Positions 22,046 through 30,467 of a stretch of 64,000 bases of DNA are shown here, one piece after another. Position 1 is the first letter of the stretch. Each line of letters starts with the position of its first letter. The stretch covers positions 128,001-192,000 of the forward strand of contig JAZKFH010000032.1 in the NCBI GenBank assembly GCA_040386535.1. Direction: 5' to 3'. Source of the DNA: Myxococcota bacterium (GTDB taxonomy: Bacteria; Myxococcota_A; UBA796; SXON01). Position numbers and translations under genes: made by a program. A model generated the notes under the pieces. That model did not search any database and was not told the DNA's origin. It saw only the letters and a program-made list of their open reading frames with translations.

Positions 22046-22933
22046 TCAGGCGGAGGTGCGGGCGCCCCGTTCGCGGGGGCCGGACCACTGGGACATGCCC
22101 CCGACCACGTTGTAGATCTGAGAAGCGCCGATGCTCGTCATGAACTCGGCCGCCGCCGCGCTCCGCCCGCCGCCCTGGCAGACGAAGATGATGTGGTTGG
22201 TCTGGCCGAGCTCGCCGTACCGGTGCGGGAGCTCGTCGACCGGGATGTGGCGCGCGAGCGGGGAGCGATCCCCCTCGAACTCGCCCTTGGTGCGCACGTC
22301 GACCAGGAGGTAGGGCGTGTCGGCCTCGCCGAGCAGCGCGAGCGCCTGCTTGGAGTCCACATCCAGCACCGCGGCGGAGGGCTTTCCCGGGGTGCGGAGG
22401 GACGGGCCGGACGCCGCCACCGGCGCGGGGGGCGGCGCCACGACCGGGGCCGGCTTGCCCTCGGCGCGCGCCGCGGCCTCGACGATGCGCGCGATGTCGA
22501 CGCGGCCGCGCTCGGAGAAGAGCACCTTGCCGTCCTTCCCGACCAACACGGCCGTTTCCTTGCAGAACGGGCGGATGCGACCAGAGGCGCGGAAGCCGCG
22601 GGCGGCGAGCGCGAACGGATCGTAGAGGAGGAAGAACTCGGTACCGATACGGGCGCGGTACGCCCGAAGCTCGTCCGTGCGCGCCGTGTTCACGCCGAAC
22701 ACGGCTGTGTCGAGGCCCTCGAGCGCGGGGCGCGCCGCGTCGACCGCGCGGAGCCACGCGTCCGTGTCCGCGTCGGTGATCCCGCGGAAGAACACGAGCA
22801 GGACGTTCAAGTGGCCCTTGAAGTCGTTGAGCTTGATCCAGGTCCCGTCATCCGCCGTCAGGGAGAGCGGCGTCGCGGGGGCCCCCACGTCGAGCGGCTT
22901 CCAGGAGAGGAAGTTCGTCAGCTTCGAGCCCAT
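22046..22933 (-). CDS. AhpC/TSA (redoxin)-like domain fused to a rhodanese domain
   Basis: N-terminal LDVGAPA..L....G....LNDFKG..VLLVFF, LLYDP and TAVLVGKDGKV; C-terminal LVDVRT..EF, HIPV and CQGGGRS. GGAGG SD present. Confidence 0.8.
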   Translation of the reverse strand: MGSKLTNFLSWKPLDVGAPATPLSLTADDGTWIKLNDFKGHLNVLLVFFRGITDADTDAWLRAVDAARPALEGLDTAVFGVNTARTDELRAYRARIGTEFFLLYDPFALAARGFRASGRIRPFCKETAVLVGKDGKVLFSERGRVDIARIVEAAARAEGKPAPVVAPPPAPVAASGPSLRTPGKPSAAVLDVDSKQALALLGEADTPYLLVDVRTKGEFEGDRSPLARHIPVDELPHRYGELGQTNHIIFVCQGGGRSAAAAEFMTSIGASQIYNVVGGMSQWSGPRERGARTSA

Positions 22934-23004
22934 CGCAGACCTCCGAGCGCCACCCCCTATCCGGAAGTTCCGCCGTCCGCTGGCTCACTCGTCGCCGACG
23001 TCGC

Positions 23005-24930
23005 TTAGCCGCGCACTTCGTCACGCCGCCGGAGCGCATCGAGCAGCAGGAACTCGCTTGTGCCCGCGAGGTTGGTGAGCCCCGCGTCCTCGAAGCGCAC
23101 CTCGAAGCGCCCCTCGCGCCCGGCCACGAGGCTCTGGAGCGCGGGTTCGCCGGCGCGGGTGCCGTGGGTCGCGGCGACGATCCGCCCGTCGCGGACCTGC
23201 ACGGCGCCGAGGTCGGCGGTGCCCACCACCACGATGCGCGCCGTGCGCCCGCCGTGCATGAGGGTCTGGAGGAGGTCGACGAGCGGAAGATCGGAGAGGC
23301 GGCCGGTGACCGCGGGGGGCGCCTCGGGACGCCGCCGGAGCACCTTGCGCAGCGCCCCGAGCAGCGCGGGGAGCGCGGAGGCCTCGCCCTGTGGGGCGAC
23401 GGGCTCCAACCGGACGACGGGGATGGTGGCCTCGGCGCGCAGGGCCGCGTCGAGATCGAGGCCCTCGGCGAGGGTGGCGTCGGCGACGAAGGCCCCGGCA
23501 CGCAGGCTCTGGGCAAGCCGGAGCGCCTCGGGGGCGTCATTCGCGGTCGCGACGGTGTACCCCTCGGCCGAGAGCTCGGCCCGCGCCGCCTCCGCGAACG
23601 CGGAGGCCTCGGACGCGACGACCACCACGGCGCCGCCCTCCCCTTCGGCGGCCTGCACCTGCTCCTGGAGGCCGCGCCGACGCAGGACCGCCGCCAGCGC
23701 CTGGAGCGCCCCGCTCTCGTGCCGCGTGGCTTCGCCTCCGAACGCCGCGACGGGGTCGTCCCCCGGTCCGAGTGACGCACGCACTGCGGCGCGCGCCGTG
23801 TAGAGCACCTCCGCGCCCATGTGCCCGCCGGGCCCCGCTTCTCCGCGGACGCGCGGCAGCAGCGCGTCGAAGAGGGCCTGAACGTCGTAAGGCGGGGACC
23901 ACACGCGCAACAGGTCCGCCGCCCAGCCGATCCCGGCGGCCTCGTCCTGATCGCCGGCGCGCTCGGTCCCCTCCCCGAGGGCGGTGAACATCGCGGCGAG
24001 CGCCACGGTGTCGCGCTGCTCGGCGGGGAGGTTGGCGTGGTCGGCCATGGCGCGCGCGAGCTCGGAGGTGCGGCGCCCCGTGCCGGACGGGCCGTCGGCG
24101 TCGATGAGCAGGTGCCCGAGGAGGCCGAAGAAGAAGTCGCGTGTGCGCTCGTAGGGGATGCCGACGCGGCGGCCCGGCCCGTAGCCGTCGAGCGCGCAGA
24201 TCTGCACCATCGGCCGGAGGCGCCGCCACGACGCCAGGTACGGCTCGACCTCGCCGAGGACCGCTCGCCGGAAGAACACGCGGTCCGCCTGGTTGGCCTC
24301 GATGAAGGCGCTCACCTGCTCCGGATCGCCCACGATCTCGGACGTGCCGCCCTCGGTCGCGTCCAGCCGTTTGAGGGCCGAGGCGCGGTCCGGGTCGGGC
24401 TCGAAGACCACCGTGAGCCGCCGTGCCTGGTGCTCGCCGTCCACCTCGGGGGCGCGCTCGTAGGGGCGCTCGTCCTCCTCGCCCGGGGGCAGCAGCCGAT
24501 CGACGAGGATTCGCATGGCGCTCCGCGGCGCGACGAACAGGCGGAGGCGGGCGGCGCGCGCCGAGGTCTGCGCGGTGCGCAACGACGGGATGTCGGTGGG
24601 GTCGGCGGTCAGGAGCGAGAGGACCCGCTTCTCCTCGTCGAGGAACGTCGGCAGGAGCAGGCGCTCGCGGATCAACCCGCGGGGCACCAGCTCCAGCACC
24701 TCGGGCGCGATCGACAGGCGGGCGAGCCGCTCCGGCGGGACCATGTTCAGCCGGAATTGGTGGGCGAGGGCCCGCGCGAGGCCCAGGTCGTCGAGGAGCC
24801 CGAGCTCCATCGCGGTCTCGCCGAAGCGAGCCCGCCCGCCCTCGCGCAAGCGCGCAAGCACGCGCTCCACGTCTTCGGTGCGCATCAGCCCGAGCGTGAG
24901 GCAGACCTCACCCAGCGGCGTATGACTCAT
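23005..24930 (-). CDS. Multidomain signalling protein: MshEN/GspE-N, degenerate HD-like region, receiver-like domain and DUF4388
   Basis: N-terminal LGE..L..GL...RFGE...LGLL...LARALAHQ; C-terminal G.LSDLPLVDLLQTL...RT (DUF4388). Start ATG 24930 after a GGAG SD. Confidence 0.75.
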   Translation of the reverse strand: MSHTPLGEVCLTLGLMRTEDVERVLARLREGGRARFGETAMELGLLDDLGLARALAHQFRLNMVPPERLARLSIAPEVLELVPRGLIRERLLLPTFLDEEKRVLSLLTADPTDIPSLRTAQTSARAARLRLFVAPRSAMRILVDRLLPPGEEDERPYERAPEVDGEHQARRLTVVFEPDPDRASALKRLDATEGGTSEIVGDPEQVSAFIEANQADRVFFRRAVLGEVEPYLASWRRLRPMVQICALDGYGPGRRVGIPYERTRDFFFGLLGHLLIDADGPSGTGRRTSELARAMADHANLPAEQRDTVALAAMFTALGEGTERAGDQDEAAGIGWAADLLRVWSPPYDVQALFDALLPRVRGEAGPGGHMGAEVLYTARAAVRASLGPGDDPVAAFGGEATRHESGALQALAAVLRRRGLQEQVQAAEGEGGAVVVVASEASAFAEAARAELSAEGYTVATANDAPEALRLAQSLRAGAFVADATLAEGLDLDAALRAEATIPVVRLEPVAPQGEASALPALLGALRKVLRRRPEAPPAVTGRLSDLPLVDLLQTLMHGGRTARIVVVGTADLGAVQVRDGRIVAATHGTRAGEPALQSLVAGREGRFEVRFEDAGLTNLAGTSEFLLLDALRRRDEVRG

Positions 24931-25018
24931 GTCGTCTCCGCGGCCGCAGCATACGCCATCGTGACGCGCGCGGCCCACCCACTCCCGCCGCCGGGGCCGA
25001 TGCGGTATCGTTCGGCGG

Positions 25019-26746
25019 ATGTTGACCCTCGGTGCCGTCGGACGTGCGCCCGATCGGCTGCAGGCGCCCGGACGGGACGCCGGTGCGGCGGTCCGCGCCG
25101 CGTTCGACGCCCTCGCCCGCGCCTCCCGCGCGCTGCGGCCCATGCCCCGCTCCATCGCGCCCGTGCGTGTCCCGCTCGCGGAGCGCGACGCGTGGATCGC
25201 GGGGCTGGCGGAGGCGCTCGCCAAGGCGCCGGCCTTCACCGTGGGCGTCTCCCCGACAGGCCTCGTGCTCGGCGATGCCGCCCTGCTCGAGCCCGCGGAT
25301 CGCGCGATCGCGGAGGGCCTCTACGGCGCGGGCGCGCGCGCCATCACGCTCTTCGCGGGGGTGTCGGAGGCCGAGCTCGTCTCGCTCCTGTCGTTGCTGC
25401 TCACGGAGTGGAGCGGGGAGACCGCGGCCGCCGAGCTCTTGCGCGCGGCGTGGGGCGCCGAGCTGACCCACGTGCACCTCGATCTCGTGTCGTCCGGGCC
25501 GCTCGGCGCCCCGCTACCGACCAAGCTCCCCGCGATCGACCTGCTCGATCGCCCACCCGAGGAGCCCACCCGTCGGGGCTCGCTCGGCGCCGAGGGCCTC
25601 CAGGCGCTCCGGATGCTCCGGGAGTCCCTCCCCCCCGAGCCCGCCTCCTTCGTCGACGTGTTCCCCACCGCCGGCACCCTCCCGCCCGAGCTCATCGCGG
25701 ACGCTTCCCGGGTCCGCGCCGGCGTCGACCTCGACCCCGTCGAGCTCAGCCGCGCCCTGCACGCCGCGATGCTCGCGGCCCCCGCCGCGGCGGGCACCCT
25801 GGCGCGCGCGCTCCTCGGCGCCGCGGTCGACCTGCTCGGCGGGCCGGTCGACGCCGGCCCCCTCCTCCACACCGCGCTCGAAGTGGCCGATCCCGATCTC
25901 ACGCCCGACGACGACATGCGGGCGGTCGTGCGGGCCGCGTTCGCCGACCTCACCCGCGATCCGATGCGTCGCGCCCTGGTCGCGGCGCTCCCCGCGTCGG
26001 AGACCCCCGACCTCCGCGCCCAGCTCTTCTCCCTCCTGTCCCTGCCCTTGCCGGACGACGGCGTCCTCTCGCTGCCGGCGCTGCTCCCCGCGTGGGCGGT
26101 CCAGGTCGCGGCCGACACCGAGCTGCTCCGCGAACCGGACCACGGGCAGCCCCGCGCCGAACGTGTGCGCGCGCGCCTCTCGGCGCCCACCCCCGGCGTG
26201 ATCGCGCTCGGGCTCGCCATGGCCGCGCGGGTGGACGATCCCCGCCTGCTCGAGTCCGTGCTCCCCCACGCCAGCCACACGAACGCCGACGTACGCCTCG
26301 GCGCCCTGGTCGCGTTGCGGCAGCAGACCGGGCCGCGCGTGCGCGAGATCGTGCTGCAACGACTCGCGGATCCCGTCGCCGCGGTGCGGGTGGAGGCGCT
26401 CCGCTACGGCGTAGCGCATCGTGTCGCGGAGGTGTATCCGTGGATCGAGGCGCGCCTCCAGGATCCTGACCTCTCGCTCGCGCAGGAGGCCGAGCTCCGC
26501 GCGCTCTGCGTGGCGTTCGGCCGGCTCGGGCGCGAGCGCGCCGAGGGCCCGTTGACCGAGCTCGCCCTCGGGCGCCGCCGAATGGGCCACCCCGCGATCG
26601 GCCGGCTTGCCCTGCACGGCCTGCGCGCCATCAACACGCCGAACGCGCGCGCGGCGCTCCAGCACGTCGCGGCCGAGGTGCCCCGCCTGCGGGCCGAGGT
26701 CGAGTCCCTGCTGTCCGGCGCGCCCGGCGCCGAGCCCGCACGATGA
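25019..26746 (+). CDS. HEAT repeat domain-containing protein
   Basis: C-terminal HEAT-like repeats (DVRLGALVAL, LADPVAAVRVEAL); paired with an HD-GYP-like gene as often seen in myxobacteria. Confidence 0.65.
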   Translation: MLTLGAVGRAPDRLQAPGRDAGAAVRAAFDALARASRALRPMPRSIAPVRVPLAERDAWIAGLAEALAKAPAFTVGVSPTGLVLGDAALLEPADRAIAEGLYGAGARAITLFAGVSEAELVSLLSLLLTEWSGETAAAELLRAAWGAELTHVHLDLVSSGPLGAPLPTKLPAIDLLDRPPEEPTRRGSLGAEGLQALRMLRESLPPEPASFVDVFPTAGTLPPELIADASRVRAGVDLDPVELSRALHAAMLAAPAAAGTLARALLGAAVDLLGGPVDAGPLLHTALEVADPDLTPDDDMRAVVRAAFADLTRDPMRRALVAALPASETPDLRAQLFSLLSLPLPDDGVLSLPALLPAWAVQVAADTELLREPDHGQPRAERVRARLSAPTPGVIALGLAMAARVDDPRLLESVLPHASHTNADVRLGALVALRQQTGPRVREIVLQRLADPVAAVRVEALRYGVAHRVAEVYPWIEARLQDPDLSLAQEAELRALCVAFGRLGRERAEGPLTELALGRRRMGHPAIGRLALHGLRAINTPNARAALQHVAAEVPRLRAEVESLLSGAPGAEPAR

Positions 26747-26759
26747 CGGGGGCCGCGCG

Positions 26760-28034
26760 ATGACGGACCCCAATGGCGCGTTCGCCGCCCACCTCGCGGC
26801 CCTCGCACGCGCCCCCGACCCGGAGGATCGCGCGGTCAAGGGCCTGCTCACGGCGGTGGTCCAGGACTGGTCGCTCCTCGCCGCGGCGCGCACGCCCTCC
26901 TTCGAGCTCGATGGGGCCGTCCTCTGGGTGCGCGGCGTGGCGGTGCCCCTCCCGGCTCCGTGGCGCGCCGCCCTGGCCGGCCTCGACGGCGCGCTGCGCG
27001 CCCACGGCGTAGGCGGCGCCCGGCTCGTCGGGCCGGTCGACTCCGCGAGCGTCCTCGCCCTGCTCCGAGGCGCGCGCGCCGTTCCGCAGGGAGCCCCCCG
27101 CGAGGTGCTCCAACAATGGGTCACGACGCACGGCGGCAGCGCGGTGTCCCTGCTCCCGCCGCGCCCGGCGATGGCGCGCGACGGCCGGGACACCCTCCGC
27201 GCGGTCTTCCAGGCGTGGACGACCCTCGGCGTCGCCGCCGAGCACTCTCCCGCGGGCGAGCTCCCCGCCACGCCCACGGTCGAGGCCGCGGTCCGGGCCC
27301 TCGTCGATCGGGGCCTCCAGGATCCGCGCACCCTGCCGGTCGTGCTGGCGTTCGCCGGGCCGCGCTCGCAGCAGCGGCCCCTCGCGGTGGCCACCCTCGC
27401 GCTCATCCTCGGCATCCGCCTCGGGCTCCCGCGCGGCGCCCTGTCCGACCTCGTGCTCGCCGCGCTCGAGGTCGCCTCCCTCCCGCCCGCTCCCGATCTG
27501 GACACCGTCGCGCGGCGGATCGCGGCGCGCGCCACCGACCACCTCGGGCGGACCGACGCGCGCGTCGTCCTCACGCTCTGGGGGGCCGGCGCCGCCGCGG
27601 ACCGCGCGCCCGCGCGCCACCTGCCCCTCTTCGGCCGCATCGTGGCCCTCGCCGACGACGCCGACGCGCTGCTCCGCGCGGACGGGCAGGGCCGGCTCTT
27701 GCCGGACGAGGCCATCGCGCGGCTCCAGGCGCACGCCGGGCGTCGGCACGACGGCGCGCTCGTCGACGCGCTCGTGTCCTGCCTCGGGCGCTACCCCGTC
27801 GGGAGTGTAATCGTGCTCGACAGCGGCGAGGTGGCCGTGGTGTGCCGCGCGCCCGCGTCCGCCGAGCAGGTGGGGCGGCCGGTGGTGCGGGTCGTGGTCG
27901 ACCGGAGCGGCGCGATGCTCGGCGGCGGCCCCTTCGTCGACCTCGCCCAGCCGGCGCGCTCCCGCGCACGCATCGTCGCCACGGTCGACCCAGCTCGCCT
28001 CGGCCTCTCCGTCGCGGACGCCGTCCTCGGGTAG
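26760..28034 (+). CDS. Degenerate HD-GYP-like protein
   Basis: RIVALADDADAL and the HD-GYP-associated tail G.YPVGSVIVLDSGEVAVV...RPVVRVV are present, but the HD and GYP motifs are absent. Start ATG 26760. Confidence 0.65.
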   Translation: MTDPNGAFAAHLAALARAPDPEDRAVKGLLTAVVQDWSLLAAARTPSFELDGAVLWVRGVAVPLPAPWRAALAGLDGALRAHGVGGARLVGPVDSASVLALLRGARAVPQGAPREVLQQWVTTHGGSAVSLLPPRPAMARDGRDTLRAVFQAWTTLGVAAEHSPAGELPATPTVEAAVRALVDRGLQDPRTLPVVLAFAGPRSQQRPLAVATLALILGIRLGLPRGALSDLVLAALEVASLPPAPDLDTVARRIAARATDHLGRTDARVVLTLWGAGAAADRAPARHLPLFGRIVALADDADALLRADGQGRLLPDEAIARLQAHAGRRHDGALVDALVSCLGRYPVGSVIVLDSGEVAVVCRAPASAEQVGRPVVRVVVDRSGAMLGGGPFVDLAQPARSRARIVATVDPARLGLSVADAVLG

Positions 28035-28130
28035 CCGACGCGACCGCCATGGCACCTCGGCACGTCCGGCGCGGCACCTCGGCGCGACCGGCGGGCCCGC
28101 CCGGGGTAAGCAGGCCACGGAGGTACACCC

Positions 28131-28862
28131 TTGGCGCCCATCGCGCTCCTCACCGACTTTGGTCTCCTCGATCCGTACGTCGGCACCATGAAAGGGGTCC
28201 TCGCGGGCCTCGCTCCCGGCGTGCCCGTGATCGACGTGACGCACGGCGTGCCCCCGCAGGACGTGCGCGTCGGCGCCCTCTTCCTCGACGCGGCGTGGCC
28301 CCACTTTCCCGTCGGGACCGTGTTCGTGTGCGTGGTCGACCCCGGGGTGGGCACCCGCCGGCGCCCGATCGTGGTGCGCGCCGCCGGCCGCCTGTTCGTG
28401 GGCCCCGACAACGGCCTGCTCGGGCTGCTCCCGGACGCCGAGGTGCGGCAGATCACGGCCCCATGGGGCAACCCCTCCCCTTCGCGCACGTTCCACGGCC
28501 GGGATCTCTTCGCGCCCGTCGCGGCGCGCCTCGCCACCGGGTCCTCCTTCGAGGACGTGGGCCCGCTGGTCGACGATCCGGTGCGGGTCATCCTCCCCGT
28601 CCCGGTGGACGGCACGGGCGAGGTCCTCTACGTCGACCACTACGGCAACGCGGTCACGAACCTCCCCGGCATGGACGACGGCGTGGTGCGGGTCCGCGGC
28701 CAGGAGGCGCCCGTGGTGCACACCTACGCCGCGGCGATCCCCGGCGAGGCGGTCGCCCTCACCGGGAGCACCGGCCGCCTGGAGATCGCCGTGCGGGATG
28801 GCCACGCCGCCCGCGAGCTCGGCCTCGCTCCGGGAACCTCCGTCTCCTGGGAGCCAAATTGA
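28131..28862 (+). CDS. SAM hydroxide adenosyltransferase / SAM-dependent halogenase family (DUF62)
   Basis: IALLTDFG..D.YVG.MKG, VVDPGVGT, GPDNG, SRTFHGRD and D.YGN.VTN. Confidence 0.93.
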   Translation: MAPIALLTDFGLLDPYVGTMKGVLAGLAPGVPVIDVTHGVPPQDVRVGALFLDAAWPHFPVGTVFVCVVDPGVGTRRRPIVVRAAGRLFVGPDNGLLGLLPDAEVRQITAPWGNPSPSRTFHGRDLFAPVAARLATGSSFEDVGPLVDDPVRVILPVPVDGTGEVLYVDHYGNAVTNLPGMDDGVVRVRGQEAPVVHTYAAAIPGEAVALTGSTGRLEIAVRDGHAARELGLAPGTSVSWEPN

Positions 28863-29779
28863 CGCCCCCGCTCGCGACGCCCCTCTCCCCCGCGCTGTCA
28901 GCGAAGGTGGACGCGCTGCGCGCCCTCGTCCGCGAGATGGGCGATGTCCTGGTGACCTTCTCCGGCGGCGTGGACTCGGCGCTCGTGCTCAAGATCGCGG
29001 TCGACACCCTCGGGGACCGGGCGCTGGCGCTGACGGCGGACTCCCCGACGTTCCCGCCCGAGGAGTGCGCGGAGGCCCGCCGGTTCGCCGCCGAGATCGG
29101 CGCGCGCCACCTCGTCGTCGCGGCCCACGAGCTCGAGCGGGAGGGCTACGCCCGCAACACCGGCGACCGCTGCTACTTCTGCAAGACCGAGCTGTTCGAT
29201 CTCGCGCGCGACACGGCGGCGGCGCGCGGCATCCCCTGGATCCTCGACGGCACCATCGTCGACGATCTGAAAGGGCACCGCCCGGGCCTCAAGGCTGCCG
29301 CCGAGCACGCCGTTCGCCACCCGCTCGTCGAGGCCGGCTTCGACAAGGCGGACGTGCGCGCCGCCGCGCAGGCGCTCGGCATGCCGGTGTGGGACAAGCC
29401 GAGCTTCGCGTGCCTCGGGAGCCGCTTCTCCGTCGGCACGCGGGTTACGCTCGGCCGGGTCACGCGGGTCGGCCGGATCGAGAGCGCCATACGGGCCCAC
29501 GGCTTCCGCCAGTTCCGGGTGCGCTTCCATGAGCTCGGCGGGACCGAGCTGTTGCGCATCGAGGTAGAGATCGGCGACCTCGGGCGGCTCGTCGCTCCGG
29601 GCGTGCGCGAAGACATCGTGGCGACGTGCCGCGCGGAGGGATTCTCGTGGATCACGCTGGACCTGGAGGGCTACCGGACGGGCAGCACGTCGGGGGCCCA
29701 GCCCTCCACCCCCTCGGCGTCGGCGACCGCGTCGACCACGTCCCCCAAGGGGCCCGCAAACGTGTCTTCCTCGAGCTGA
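28859..29779 (+). CDS. larE: LarE family ATP-dependent sulfur transferase (PP-loop)
   Basis: FSGGVDS PP-loop, RCYFCK, DD...HRPG, KPSFACLGSR and DLEGYRTGS. TTG start overlaps the DUF62 stop. Confidence 0.9.
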   Translation: MTPPLATPLSPALSAKVDALRALVREMGDVLVTFSGGVDSALVLKIAVDTLGDRALALTADSPTFPPEECAEARRFAAEIGARHLVVAAHELEREGYARNTGDRCYFCKTELFDLARDTAAARGIPWILDGTIVDDLKGHRPGLKAAAEHAVRHPLVEAGFDKADVRAAAQALGMPVWDKPSFACLGSRFSVGTRVTLGRVTRVGRIESAIRAHGFRQFRVRFHELGGTELLRIEVEIGDLGRLVAPGVREDIVATCRAEGFSWITLDLEGYRTGSTSGAQPSTPSASATASTTSPKGPANVSSSS

Positions 29780-30432
29780 CGGCCCTCTGGCTCGTCACCC
29801 TCCTCGCCATCCGCGGCGTCGTCGCGCTCCAGGGCGTGGGCCTCCCCGAATGGACGTTGGCGGCGGTCCCGTTCCTGTTCATCTACGCGCCGGTGCTGCT
29901 CTGCCGCTGGCGCAACGTGGACAGCTACGGCTACCGCATCGCCATTCCCGCCTTCTCCGACTGGCCGGCGTGGCGCGAGGGGCTCGTCGCCGCGGGCCTC
30001 GTCCTCGCCGTGATCCTCGTGCCCTGGCTCGGCGGGTACCACCTCTACCAGACCCTCCTGTTCGACCTGGCGCCGCGGATGCGCGTGCCGGAGAACTGGG
30101 CCCTGCTCGTGCCGTACCACCTGTTCTTCGTCGCGATCCCCGAAGAGTTCTTCTACCGGGGCTATTTCCAGACCCGGCTGAACGAGGTCTTCCCGAGGAA
30201 GTTCCTCGTCTTCGGCGTTCCGATCGGCTGGGGCCTCGTCATCGCCTCGCTCTTCTTCGCGTTCGGGCACTCCCTCGTGACCATCCGCTGGTGGCACTTC
30301 GCCACGTTCTTCCCCGGCCTCCTGTTCGGCTGGCTCCGCGAGAAGACCGGCCAGCCGCTCGCCGGCGCGCTGTTGCACGCGTGGGCGAACGTGTGCGTGA
30401 CGTGGCTGGACACGGTCTACGGCGTCATCTGA
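29647..30432 (+). CDS. CPBP intramembrane protease, myxosortase-like
   Basis: EEFFYRGYFQ, FAFGH, FFPGLLFGWLREKTG and LLHAWAN. GTG 29647 has a GGAGGG SD 6 nt upstream, and the gene overlaps the larE 3' end. Confidence 0.8.
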   Translation: MDHAGPGGLPDGQHVGGPALHPLGVGDRVDHVPQGARKRVFLELTALWLVTLLAIRGVVALQGVGLPEWTLAAVPFLFIYAPVLLCRWRNVDSYGYRIAIPAFSDWPAWREGLVAAGLVLAVILVPWLGGYHLYQTLLFDLAPRMRVPENWALLVPYHLFFVAIPEEFFYRGYFQTRLNEVFPRKFLVFGVPIGWGLVIASLFFAFGHSLVTIRWWHFATFFPGLLFGWLREKTGQPLAGALLHAWANVCVTWLDTVYGVI

Positions 30433-30467
30433 GGGGCGCGCGCTGAAGGGCGAACGCCGCCGCGCCG

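Noticed and set aside
28131..28862. Fluorinase/chlorinase implying halometabolite biosynthesis
   Set aside because: It retains the Asp/Arg/His-type motifs of DUF62 SAM hydrolases (VVDPG, TFHGRD) and has no biosynthetic cluster context.
26960..29779. ORF-track proteins with long N-terminal extensions (939-aa LarE, 795-aa AroB, 1149-aa membrane protein, 610-aa TsaD, 768-aa DUF4340)
   Set aside because: The extensions are off-frame read-throughs of upstream genes. True starts were reassigned using stop/start overlaps and family N-termini, so these are not real fusions.
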